Shown: positions 8,577 to 20,868, numbered from the stretch's first letter. The stretch is DNA of 32,000 nt from Pirellula staleyi DSM 6068 (GCA_000025185.1 CP001848.1:3000001-3032000), one strand, 5' to 3'. Numbers and translations: made by a program. Notes: generated by a model from the sequence alone, not told the origin.

Positions 8577-11500
8577 ATGTTTGTGACATCGTTTCGCTCT
8601 CTCGCCACCGCTGGCATCCTGCCACTCTTGGCCCTCACACTTTCGCTTCGATCGCTTCTGGCTGTGCCAACAGCTGGCCCTGCGGAAGAGCCCACCATCG
8701 CCGGGGAATCGCAAGATGCCTCGCAAGTGATGTCGGGGTTCAAAAAACCCGAAGGGATCACCGTCTCGCTCTTTGCCGCCGAACCGCTCGTGGCAAACCC
8801 AGTCGCCTTCGGTATCGATGAGCGCGGCCGCGTGATCGTGTGCGAAACCTTTCGTCAAAGCAAAGGGGTGGAAGACAATCGCAGCCACGCCCATTGGCTC
8901 GACGACGATCTCGCTGCTCAAACGGTCGAAGACCGCCTCGCTTACATCCTGAAACATCTCGGCGATAAAGCGGGGGACTACACCAAGCACGACGACCGCC
9001 TCCGTCTCCTCGAAGATACCAATGGGGATGGTGTCGCCGACAAATCGACCGTGTTTGCCAAGGGGTTCAATCAAATCGTCGATGGAACCGGCGCAGGTGT
9101 GTTGCTTCGTAAAGGGACCGCCTACTACACCTGCATCCCTCATCTCTGGATGCTCAAGGATGCCGATAACGACGGTGTCGCAGAAGACCGCAAGAGCCTG
9201 CACGAAGGCTACGGTGTTCGCTTTGCCTTTCGTGGCCACGACATGCACGGGCTCATCATCGGGCAAGATGGCCGACTCTATTTCAGCATCGGCGATCGTG
9301 GCTTGAACGTGAAGCAAGGTGACAAACACTTTGTGAATCCATCGAACGGTGCCGTGCTTCGCTGCGAGCTCGATGGCTCGAATCTCGAAATGTTTGCAAC
9401 CGGTTTGCGAAATCCGCAAGAGCTCGCTTTCGACGACCACGGCAATCTGTTCACCGGCGACAACAATAGCGACAGCGGCGATCGCGCCCGCTGGGTCTAT
9501 GTGGTCGAAGGTGGCGATACCGGTTGGCGCATGGAATATCAGTACCTCAGCGATCGTGGTCCTTTCAATCGCGAAAAGATCTGGCATCCCCAGCACGAAG
9601 GACAGCCTGCTTACATCATTCCCCCGATCACCAATTTCGCCGATGGTCCTTCGGGACTTGCGTTCGATCCCGGCACCGGCATGACCGACCATTTCCGGGG
9701 TCGCTTTTTGCTGTGCGATTTCCGTGGTGGACCGGGCAACAGCGGCGTTCGTACGTTCCGCAACAAGCCCAAGGGAGCCTCGTTCGAACTCGTCGACGAC
9801 GAGCAAACGTTCTGGAATGTGCTGGCGACCGACGTCGATTTCAACACCGATGGTTCGATTCTGCTGTCGGACTGGGTGAACGGTTGGAATGGCGAGAACA
9901 AGGGGCGCCTCTACACGTTTGCTTCCGCCGAAGCTGCTAAATCGGCGATCGTGCTGGAAGTGAAAAAACTACTCGCCGAAGGTTTTTCGCACCGCGAAAC
10001 CGCCGAGCTTGTGAAACTGGCCGCGCACGCCGATCGTCGCGTCCGTATGGAATCGCAGTTCGCCCTGGTTGAGAAAAACGAAGCTGCTGCACTCGCTACG
10101 CTCGCAAAATCGAGCGATTCGCTCCTCGCCCGTTTGCATGGTGTGTGGGGCCTCGCACAACTCGCGCGGCTGAAACGCGACCCCTCGATTGCTCAGCCTC
10201 TGGTGGCCCTGCTGGCCGACGATGCTGGTGAAGTGCGAGCCCAAACTGCCAAGATGGTGGGTGAACTGAAACTCGCCGCCGCACTGCCTGCTCTCCTCAA
10301 ACTGACTAGCGATAGTGAACCTCGCGTTCGTCATTTCGCAGCCATTGCCCTGGGATATCTGGGCGATAAGTCGGCGATCGAAGGACTCGTGAAGCTCGCC
10401 GACGACACCGGTGCAGCCGACCCTGTGATTCGTCACGCTGCGGTGATGGGACTCGTCGGCGCCGCTCGTTCGGAGGAGAATCTGAAGGTCTACTACACCA
10501 GCTCGTCCCCCTCGATTCGGATGGCGATGGTTCTGGCGCTACGTCGTTTGAAGAGTCCCGACCTGGGTCTCTTCGTCAATGACATCGATCCACTGGTGCG
10601 TGTCGAAGCAGCCCGTGCGATTTACGATGTCCCGGTCGCGGCCGCGCTTCCAACGCTTGCTGCTGCACTCTCCCCCGCCGTCACCGACGACGCTTTGGCT
10701 CGCCGCATGCTCGGAGCAAATTTCCGCCTCGGAACAGCCGAAGCAGCCGAACGAATTGCCAAGTTTGCCGCTTCGAGCACCCCGAGCGAAACGCTTCGTC
10801 TCGAAGCGCTCGGCATGCTCGCCAATTGGGCCAAGCCAAGTTCGCGCGATCGGGTGATCGGCGTTTGGAATCCCCTCGAGCCTCGCGATTCGGCCATCGC
10901 CAAAACTGCTTTCCAAGCGAACATCGCGGGAATGCTGACCGGTGGCGATAAGGTTCGCTCCGAAGCTGCGAAAGTGGCCGCTGGCCTGGGGATCAACGAA
11001 ATCGCGCCGATTCTCATCGAACTGCTATCCGACAAATCGCTCAGCGGAAAGTCGCGTGCCGACTCGCTCTGGATCCTCGGTCAACTCGGCAGCGACAAGC
11101 TCAACGAACTGATCTCCACTTCGCTCAAGGATGCTGATCCTTACGTCCGTTCGACCGCGCTTCGTATGTTGGCGCTCATCAAACCAGCCGAGGCGTTTCC
11201 ACTGCTCGAAATCGCTGCCCTCGATGGCCAGGGAGTCGATCGCCAGCAAGCGCTCGTCGTGCTCGGCTCGCTCGCCACGAGTGATGCCGATGCAGTCCTT
11301 ACGAAAGGACTCGACACACTTCTTGCCGGCAAGTTCCCCCCCTATGCCAGCCTCGATCTGGTTGAGGCAGCCGCCAAGTCGGAATCGCCCGAAGTGAAAG
11401 ACCGTTTGAAGAAGTACGAGTCGACTCGTGCTGCTGGCGATCCCGTCGCTAAGTTCATCGAATGCCTCGAAGGTGGCGATGCCGATGCGGGCCGCGTCAT

Positions 11501-11903
11501 CTTCTACGAGAAGACGCAGGTCTCATGCGTCCGTTGTCATAAGGTGGCTCAAACCGGCGGCGAAGTGGGGCCCGAACTGACGAAGATCGGCACCGATAAA
11601 GCACGCCAGTATTTGCTCGAAGCGATCGCCGACCCCAATCGCGCGATTGCCAAAAACTTCGAGACCGTGACGATTCTCGATCTCGATGGCAACGTCCTTT
11701 CGGGAATCGTGAAGTTCGAAAACGACAAGCGTGTCGATCTGATGACCGGTGAAGGGAAGATCGTGTCGGTCGAGAAAGAGAACATCGACCAGCGTAAGTC
11801 GGGCAAAAGCTCGATGCCGGAAGATCTGACCAAGCACCTCTCGAAGAGCGAGCTGCGCGACCTCGTGGCGTTTCTCGCGAGCCTCAAGGGCGAGAGCAAA
11901 TAG
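8577..11903 (+). CDS. PVC-type putative membrane-bound dehydrogenase with HEAT repeats and C-terminal CxxCH heme-binding domain
   Basis: 1108 aa with a signal peptide. The N-terminus FKKPEGITVSLFAAEPLVANPVAFGIDERGRVIVCE is like the TIGR02604 Piru_Ver_Nterm domain. The centre has HEAT-like repeats (ARLHGVWGLAQL, EVRAQTAKMVGEL, PRVRHFAAIALGYLGD, PYVRSTALRML). The C-terminus CVRCHKVAQTGGEVGPELTKIG...YLLEAIADPNRAIAKNFE is like TIGR02603. Confidence 0.9.
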   Translation: MFVTSFRSLATAGILPLLALTLSLRSLLAVPTAGPAEEPTIAGESQDASQVMSGFKKPEGITVSLFAAEPLVANPVAFGIDERGRVIVCETFRQSKGVEDNRSHAHWLDDDLAAQTVEDRLAYILKHLGDKAGDYTKHDDRLRLLEDTNGDGVADKSTVFAKGFNQIVDGTGAGVLLRKGTAYYTCIPHLWMLKDADNDGVAEDRKSLHEGYGVRFAFRGHDMHGLIIGQDGRLYFSIGDRGLNVKQGDKHFVNPSNGAVLRCELDGSNLEMFATGLRNPQELAFDDHGNLFTGDNNSDSGDRARWVYVVEGGDTGWRMEYQYLSDRGPFNREKIWHPQHEGQPAYIIPPITNFADGPSGLAFDPGTGMTDHFRGRFLLCDFRGGPGNSGVRTFRNKPKGASFELVDDEQTFWNVLATDVDFNTDGSILLSDWVNGWNGENKGRLYTFASAEAAKSAIVLEVKKLLAEGFSHRETAELVKLAAHADRRVRMESQFALVEKNEAAALATLAKSSDSLLARLHGVWGLAQLARLKRDPSIAQPLVALLADDAGEVRAQTAKMVGELKLAAALPALLKLTSDSEPRVRHFAAIALGYLGDKSAIEGLVKLADDTGAADPVIRHAAVMGLVGAARSEENLKVYYTSSSPSIRMAMVLALRRLKSPDLGLFVNDIDPLVRVEAARAIYDVPVAAALPTLAAALSPAVTDDALARRMLGANFRLGTAEAAERIAKFAASSTPSETLRLEALGMLANWAKPSSRDRVIGVWNPLEPRDSAIAKTAFQANIAGMLTGGDKVRSEAAKVAAGLGINEIAPILIELLSDKSLSGKSRADSLWILGQLGSDKLNELISTSLKDADPYVRSTALRMLALIKPAEAFPLLEIAALDGQGVDRQQALVVLGSLATSDADAVLTKGLDTLLAGKFPPYASLDLVEAAAKSESPEVKDRLKKYESTRAAGDPVAKFIECLEGGDADAGRVIFYEKTQVSCVRCHKVAQTGGEVGPELTKIGTDKARQYLLEAIADPNRAIAKNFETVTILDLDGNVLSGIVKFENDKRVDLMTGEGKIVSVEKENIDQRKSGKSSMPEDLTKHLSKSELRDLVAFLASLKGESK

Positions 11904-11968
11904 CCCGCAAGTTGCCCGTTTGTCGATACTCTCATTCAGCCAGCTTCGCACTTTCGAAAGACTCGTTT

Positions 11969-12697
11969 ATGACTTCGCCACTAGGCTCGCATGTTGGTTC
12001 GGTGGCGAAGTTGGTCGTCGTGCTGCTGCTGATGCTTGGATTTCGCAGTGCTGCGGCTGCGGATCTGGAGTACACCGACGAAACGATCGAGGGGTGGACC
12101 ATTCGCCTCGCCCCCTCGATGCTCGAAGCCAAACATGCCGAGGTGCTCACCAAAACCCGGCAGATGCTCGGGCATGCTTTGTTCGACATCAAACAGCAGC
12201 TCGCCAGCGATCGCATCAAGGATCTGCAAACGGTGGTGATTGTGGTCGAGGCTGATAACGCTCGCCTCAGGGCCATGCAGTACCATCCGTCGAAAGAATG
12301 GCTCCGCGCCAATGGCCACGATGTGCGTTTGGCTCGCTGCGTGCATATCCCGGTGGCATCGCACTACATCAATCCGCGGCATCATCGCACCCAGCCATGG
12401 TGCGTGATGCACGAACTGGCACACGCCTACCACGATCAGTTTCTCTCGTTCGATCATCCCGAGGTGATCGAGGTCTTCAAGAAGGCGCGCGATGCGAAGC
12501 TGTACGAAGATGTCCGCTTCATCAACGGCGGAACGCGTAAGCACTACGCGCTCACCGATCACAAAGAATATTTCGCCGAGCTCAGCGAATCGTATCTTGG
12601 CACGAACGATTTCTTTCCGTTCGTGCGGGGCGAGCTGCAGTCGCACGACCCCGCTGCTTATGCTCTGCTCCAAAAGATCTGGGGCAAGCTCGAGTAG
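11969..12697 (+). CDS. secreted HExxH zinc-metallopeptidase-like protein (gluzincin-type HELAH ... EYFAE)
   Basis: The ATG at 11969 opens a signal-like N-terminus (VAKLVVVLLLMLGFRSAAAA). It carries WCVMHELAHAYHDQF plus a downstream HKEYFAELSESY as a candidate third ligand. Confidence 0.65.
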   Translation: MTSPLGSHVGSVAKLVVVLLLMLGFRSAAAADLEYTDETIEGWTIRLAPSMLEAKHAEVLTKTRQMLGHALFDIKQQLASDRIKDLQTVVIVVEADNARLRAMQYHPSKEWLRANGHDVRLARCVHIPVASHYINPRHHRTQPWCVMHELAHAYHDQFLSFDHPEVIEVFKKARDAKLYEDVRFINGGTRKHYALTDHKEYFAELSESYLGTNDFFPFVRGELQSHDPAAYALLQKIWGKLE

Positions 12698-12715
12698 CCG
12701 ATCGCAGTTACAGAG

Positions 12716-13546
12716 CTACTCTTTCTTGGCTTCCTCGGGCTTCGCTTCGTCCTGCTTCTCGGATTTCTCTTCCGATTTCGGCTCTTCCGTTTTTGTCATC
12801 GGAGGAGTGCCGACCAGCGGCGTAATGTTTTCGCGAAGCCAAATGTTTCGATACTTCACGGGATTGCCGTGGAACTGAAGCGAAATCGGCTCGCGCTCGG
12901 GGTGCTTCGTATAGCGTGGCGCTTCGACGTACGACGTTCCGCCGAGCAGCTCGAAGTGGTTATGCACCACAATGCCGTTGTGCAGCACCGTGACGAAGGC
13001 GGGGGACTTCACCGTGCCGTCGTCATTGAATGCTGGAGCCGTGAAAATGATGTCGAGCGTTTGCCACTCTCCCGGTTTGCGGCAAGCGTTCACCATCGGA
13101 GGCTGTTGCTTGTAGATCGAAGCACATTGGCCGTCGACGTAGGTCTCGTTCTCGAACGAATCGAGCACTTGCACTTCGTAGCGACCCATCAGGTAAATGC
13201 CGCTGTTGCCGCGACCTTGCCCTTTCCCTTTCACTTCAGCGGGCGAAGCAAACTCGACGTGCAGCTGGCAACTGCCGAACTTCTCCTTGGTCGTAATGCC
13301 CCCTTTAGCAACCGTCGCTTCGCCGTTTTCGATGACCCACTTATCGCCCCCCTCGAAGGCGTCGAGGTTGGTGCCATCGAACAAAACGATCGCATCGGAG
13401 GGAGCCTTTCCAGCTTCGCCCGGCGTGACGACCGGCGGTGTGGGCCACACGATGCCACTCTTGTACTCATCGACCCACCACGCTTGAGCGAGGGCCGAAA
13501 TGCCGAGTACCAAACCACCTGCAATCCAGATGCGCGTCCGTTTCAT
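12716..13546 (-). CDS. DUF1080 (3-keto-disaccharide hydrolase-like) domain protein with Lys/Glu-rich tail
   Basis: Signal peptide, then FDGTNLDAFEGG..W.IENG...FGSCQLHVEF...GNSGIYLMGRYEVQVLDS...GEWQTLDIIF...VLHNGIVVHNHFEL...PISLQFHGNPVKYRNIWLRE, the classic DUF1080 pattern. Confidence 0.85.
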   Translation of the reverse strand: MKRTRIWIAGGLVLGISALAQAWWVDEYKSGIVWPTPPVVTPGEAGKAPSDAIVLFDGTNLDAFEGGDKWVIENGEATVAKGGITTKEKFGSCQLHVEFASPAEVKGKGQGRGNSGIYLMGRYEVQVLDSFENETYVDGQCASIYKQQPPMVNACRKPGEWQTLDIIFTAPAFNDDGTVKSPAFVTVLHNGIVVHNHFELLGGTSYVEAPRYTKHPEREPISLQFHGNPVKYRNIWLRENITPLVGTPPMTKTEEPKSEEKSEKQDEAKPEEAKKE

Positions 13547-13650
13547 GGTCGTAGCAAAGCTCCGAGAGATTCCTGGAAATGAAAGTCGCGAAAACGTTCG
13601 AGAAGCTAGCCCGATAGCATAGCTGCGGTCGCTGCGAGTTGCGAATTGGC

Positions 13651-17229
<3,579 letters not shown>

Positions 17230-17435
17230 AGCGCGAAAGCTCCTTGCCAGCAGAATCCTAGACCGCCCGGCACGCAGGAATCGGCCGAGTCAGAGCGCCT
17301 GATTGTAGCCGAACCGATGTACAGATTGCGGCATCTTGACAGCGGCTCAGAGGAGTGGCGATTTGCAACTAGAAGTGCGCTTTCGATTTGCGCCACGAAG
17401 AAATTTGGCAAAAAGTTTATCGAGCTGCCACGCAG

Positions 17436-17741
17436 CTAAGGTTCGACACGAATCAGCCGACCGAAGATCGAACTAGCGCCGATCCAGCCGTTGATGAGGC
17501 CACGGTTATTGCCGATTTGGAAACGGCCTCCCTGAATCGCTTTGATCAGGTGGAGGTATTCTTTGCCACGCACTTTGCAGAGGACGATTTCGCCAACCTG
17601 CAGCAGGCTACAGTCGTTAAGGGGCTGGACCGTGCAGAGTTGTCCCGACTCGATCTTGCCGATCATTGAATTGCCGCGCGGTCGAAACGAAACCGTCTCC
17701 CCCTCGCGCAGCTTGGCGATGTACGCAGTAGCCCATCCCAT
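17436..17741 (-). CDS. stand-alone S24/S26 (LexA/signal-peptidase fold) peptidase-like protein
   Basis: 101 aa: ...VSFRPRGNSMIGKIESGQLCTVQP...VGEIVLCKVRGKEYLHLIKAI. The G-x-S-M serine motif and a downstream Lys are spaced as in S24 domains. No HTH domain is attached. Confidence 0.5.
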   Translation of the reverse strand: MGWATAYIAKLREGETVSFRPRGNSMIGKIESGQLCTVQPLNDCSLLQVGEIVLCKVRGKEYLHLIKAIQGGRFQIGNNRGLINGWIGASSIFGRLIRVEP

Positions 17742-17937
17742 GGTGGTTGCTGCCTTTTACGATTCTTGTTTTTTGCTTTTCGCTGAATCGTAAAGGAAAA
17801 CCGTTGGTGGCTCCAGGGTGGCCTATGTTATTGTTCCTTGGCTGTGAAAAACGCCGATCTACGAATTGGATAAATTCAATAAGATGGAAGGAGGCGGCGG
17901 ACGGACATCCGATCGAGTGCGATTGCGGAGGCATTCG

Positions 17938-18204
17938 ATGTTTGATCAAGATTTACCAATGGAAATGTCAGCTGACGAGATATATCGTTATGTCAACGCG
18001 CTAGTGGCAGTCGCAAAAGTGCGCGGCCAATTTCAGCTGGCGAATCAGCTTGAAACCGCTATGCAGCTTGGCAGTTCGGGACTTGAAATTCTCGGAGCGA
18101 TTGGAAACATCCTCCGCGACAACGCTGCCCTTGTTGACTCGCTATTACCCAAGCTTGAGCGATTACGAGTTCAACGATCCATTGCTTACTATTATCGGAG
18201 ATGA
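17938..18204 (+). CDS. small helical hypothetical protein (AT-richer islet)
   Basis: The ATG at 17938 is preceded by GGAG at 17927-17930, and the track ORF starts further up at 17866. The sequence MFDQDLPMEMSADEIYRYVNALVAVAKVRGQFQLANQLETAMQLG... matches no family I recognise. A competing frame exists at 17747..18004. Confidence 0.35.
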   Translation: MFDQDLPMEMSADEIYRYVNALVAVAKVRGQFQLANQLETAMQLGSSGLEILGAIGNILRDNAALVDSLLPKLERLRVQRSIAYYYRR

Positions 18205-18272
18205 ACCTAGCCGCTAAGTTTGGTAGGTCGGCTACACACATACAATCTTGGTTTAATCTGGACATTACGCCT

Positions 18273-18424
18273 CCCAAGCCGGCGGCTTTGCCGTCGAGGA
18301 ATTGACATGTTTGGCCAGTGATCCTTGGAAACTCATGGCCAGAGATAGAGCGTTTTCAAAGAATCATTTTGCATCTCGGCATGATGGTGCGTTCCGCATG
18401 CGACGGCAAAGCCGTCGGCTTGGG
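18273..18424. repeat. 23/24 inverted repeat pair flanking a 104-bp core
   Basis: Left arm cccaagccggcggctttgccgtcg (18273-18296). Right arm cgacggcaaagccgtcggcttggg (18401-18424), whose reverse complement differs at one base. Each arm is itself a 7-bp hairpin (cgacggc-aaa-gccgtcg). Confidence 0.8.
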
Positions 18425-18445
18425 ACGTGCGAGCGAAGCTCGCTT

Positions 18446-18706
18446 TCATAAAATTAAACAATTGACGGACATCTGTGGATTGCACCGCAGCTCTGCCAGT
18501 CGTTGTTCGACTTCCTCACGCGTCATTGCGGAGCCAGGATTGGTTTCATGTTCCATCATGCGTCGCTTGAGTTCCGCGTGCTGCTGAGGCGTTAGCAAGG
18601 CAGTACTCGCATCGTCGAGCGAATCCCAAATCGCCTCGGCAAGGCGAAGTCGATCAGAAATCGACATCGTGGAAACCGCTGAAATTGTCTGCTCGATATT
18701 TTGCAT
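18446..18706 (-). CDS. putative addiction-module antitoxin component (TIGR02574 / Unstab_antitox-like)
   Basis: 86 aa: MQNIEQTISAVSTMSISDRLRLAEAIWDSLDD...LTPQQHAELKRRMMEHETNPGSAMTREEVEQRL. This matches the family pattern (eR..LaE.iWdSl ... lt..q..EL.rR...h..nP......eEv..rl). Confidence 0.65.
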   Translation of the reverse strand: MQNIEQTISAVSTMSISDRLRLAEAIWDSLDDASTALLTPQQHAELKRRMMEHETNPGSAMTREEVEQRLAELRCNPQMSVNCLIL

Positions 18707-18789
18707 TCGATCTTAATCTTACAAGGCAAAAGTGTAGTAGAGAACAGCGATGCTTAGACAATTCCGGGTGACTCGGACTTCCTTAAGCC

Positions 18790-19539
18790 CTACGCAATTC
18801 TGCTGGTGAGGCCGCCGTCGATGACGATGGTTTCGCCGGTGATGTAGTCGTTGGTCACGAGCAGGGCGATGGCGTCGGCGACTTGCTCGGGTGTTCCTTC
18901 GCGGTGGAGCGGGATGCGCTGCTCGAGGTTCAGTTTTTTGCGCTCGGCTGTCATCGTCTCGTGAAAGCGGGTGCGAATCACGCCGGGGGCGATGCAGTTC
19001 ACACGGATGTTGTCGTCGGCCAGTTCGCGCGCGAGGCAGCGGGTGAACTGAGGGATCGCACCTTTCGCGGTGGCATAGACAAGTGCTCCCGCGACGCCCC
19101 GAATGCCAGCGGTTGACGAGACGGTGATGATCGCCCCTTCGCCGTGGGCTTTAAGATGAGGTAAAGCGGCCTGCGCGAGGTGGAAGTTGGCGGTGACATG
19201 CAGGGCGAGTGTTTGCTGCCACTGCTCGGTGGTGAGCTCGGTGATGCTGCCGTTGCTTGGACCACCGGCGTTATGCACCAGCACGTCGAGGCGGCCGAAG
19301 TGGGTGGCGACTTGCTCGATCGAGTTGCGGCAATCAGCTTCCTGGGAGAAGTCGGCCGAGAAGAGAAGGCACTTGCGCCCGATCGCGGTGATCTTGGCTT
19401 CGACCTCGCGAGCAGCATCGGAGAGCTGGCGCGCGGCGATTGCGATATCGGCCCCAAGCTCGGCGAGTTTCAGGGCTGTTGCTGCGCCGATGCCGAGCGT
19501 TCCGCCGGTGATGAAAGCCACTTTGCCGTGCAGATCCAT
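18790..19539 (-). CDS. short-chain dehydrogenase/reductase (FabG-like SDR)
   Basis: 249 aa with KVAFITGGTLGIGAA (TGxxxGxG), NAGG, the S...YATAKGA (YxxxK) catalytic motif and the PG.I.T motif. Confidence 0.9.
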   Translation of the reverse strand: MDLHGKVAFITGGTLGIGAATALKLAELGADIAIAARQLSDAAREVEAKITAIGRKCLLFSADFSQEADCRNSIEQVATHFGRLDVLVHNAGGPSNGSITELTTEQWQQTLALHVTANFHLAQAALPHLKAHGEGAIITVSSTAGIRGVAGALVYATAKGAIPQFTRCLARELADDNIRVNCIAPGVIRTRFHETMTAERKKLNLEQRIPLHREGTPEQVADAIALLVTNDYITGETIVIDGGLTSRIA

Positions 19540-19579
19540 GTGCGTGATTCCTGGCGTGGAGAAGGTTCGCTATCGATAC

Positions 19580-19614
19580 GAAAATGGCCAGCTCGAACGG
19601 GTCGAACTGGCCAT
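19580..19614 (-). terminator. Rho-independent terminator after the HTH gene
   Basis: Stem atggccag (19584-19591) pairs with ctggccat (19607-19614). On the minus strand the hairpin is followed by TTTT (the a-run at 19581-19584). Confidence 0.6.
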
Positions 19615-19645
19615 CATGAATGAACTATCGTTGGCAGGGCGGAGA

Positions 19646-20815
19646 TTATTCTTCGCCGAGAGCGGGCTGCATGCGGCGCTCGATCACTTCGCTGTCGAGG
19701 CGGATCACTTCCGTCCCGGCGTAGAGATCGGTCCGGAGCAGTTCGCGATCTTGCTCGGCGTTGCCGGTGAGGGTGAACTTCACCACGAACGCGCCAATCT
19801 GGATGCCATGTCCGCTGTAGACAGGTGGCCAGAATTCTTCACCACGACGGGCAAGCATGCGGGCGAGCAGTCGGGTCGCTCGTCCCGAGTAGCCACCGAG
19901 GGCCATTTCGAGGCGACCTTGCGATTCGCGATGGATGTAGAACACGAACGCCGCATCTTGGGTGTTAGCGTCCCACTGCACGACATCCCAGTTGCCATCT
20001 TTGGTTTCGTAGTAGATGCCGGGAACGTTGGTGTTGTGCCCCTTACCGAGACGCAAACCACCAAAGCACGAGGCAAAGTGGGGATCGTTGTCGCGATAGC
20101 GGAGGAACATCGGACAGCTGCGCTTCGACGGCGATGCGACAGCATCTTGCGTGGCGAAAGGTTCGCAGCCGAACGTGGTGGAGAGCAGGATTTCGACGAG
20201 CGGGTTGCTCTTGTTGCTGCCGAGGCAGATGAGCGCTTTGTCGCCGGCGGTGCTGCAGAAGGTGTCGTAGACTGCATTGGCCTGCAGCATGCACTCTTCG
20301 GTCGGCACTTGCCCGGGGCTCCAAACGAGCGACTGGTGCAGGTGTTCGGGCTGAAGATCGGCAGCGGTGAGCGGGGGAGCACCGTTGGATTCTTCGGTTT
20401 TGGTCGGGATGGTGTTGCCGAGCGAGGTGACCCCGTTGAGGAGTTCGCCTAGCAGGACGGAGTCGGACGCTACGACCCAGGCATCATCGAGGGTGTCGTT
20501 GGCATCGCTGCGCCGAACACCGACGCACAACTCGAGGCGGCGGCGACGTGCCAGCAGTTCCCAAAAGTGCTCGGGTTCGACCGCAAAGAGCCGACCAGGA
20601 AGCTCTTCTGCCGTCGCAAAACGACGCTCAATCAGGTAGTCGCACAGCTTGGAAAGAGCATCGAGCGGGATGTATTTCACTTCGTTTTTCAGGAGGGCAG
20701 CCACCTGATGACGATCGAGTCCCGTGTATTCACAGATGTTCTTAATCGTGCCAGGCCGTTTTCGCGGGTCGGGAACGTGGCCAACGACTTCGGCCAGCCG
20801 AAAAGAGTAGCGCAT
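19646..20815 (-). CDS. XRE-type HTH domain protein with large uncharacterised C-terminal domain
   Basis: The ATG at 20815 has GGAGG 6 nt upstream. The N-terminus MRYSFRLAEVV...IKNICEYTGLDRHQVAALLKNEVKYIPLDALSKLCDYL is a Cro/C1-like HTH. I cannot assign the remaining roughly 320 aa to a family. The track start (TTG 20959) lies inside the predicted -35 box and is rejected. Confidence 0.7.
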   Translation of the reverse strand: MRYSFRLAEVVGHVPDPRKRPGTIKNICEYTGLDRHQVAALLKNEVKYIPLDALSKLCDYLIERRFATAEELPGRLFAVEPEHFWELLARRRRLELCVGVRRSDANDTLDDAWVVASDSVLLGELLNGVTSLGNTIPTKTEESNGAPPLTAADLQPEHLHQSLVWSPGQVPTEECMLQANAVYDTFCSTAGDKALICLGSNKSNPLVEILLSTTFGCEPFATQDAVASPSKRSCPMFLRYRDNDPHFASCFGGLRLGKGHNTNVPGIYYETKDGNWDVVQWDANTQDAAFVFYIHRESQGRLEMALGGYSGRATRLLARMLARRGEEFWPPVYSGHGIQIGAFVVKFTLTGNAEQDRELLRTDLYAGTEVIRLDSEVIERRMQPALGEE

Positions 20816-20868
20816 TATCCGCCTCCAGGCGCTTGCGTGCAGAGTGCCAAACTCGGGCACGCGGTAGG

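Noticed and set aside
8529-9806. 425-aa minus-strand ORF
   Set aside because: Fully antisense to the 1108-aa dehydrogenase/HEAT/cytochrome gene, whose + frame carries recognisable domains. The composition is typical of a high-GC shadow frame.
17230-17435. Promoter for dnaE (TACAAT-like hexamer in ggctacaatcagg)
   Set aside because: No acceptable -35 hexamer lies at 16-18 nt spacing, so the evidence is too weak to report as a feature.
19187-20452. 421-aa + strand ORF
   Set aside because: It spans the antisense of both the SDR gene and the HTH gene and crosses their intergenic terminator. No motifs were recognised.
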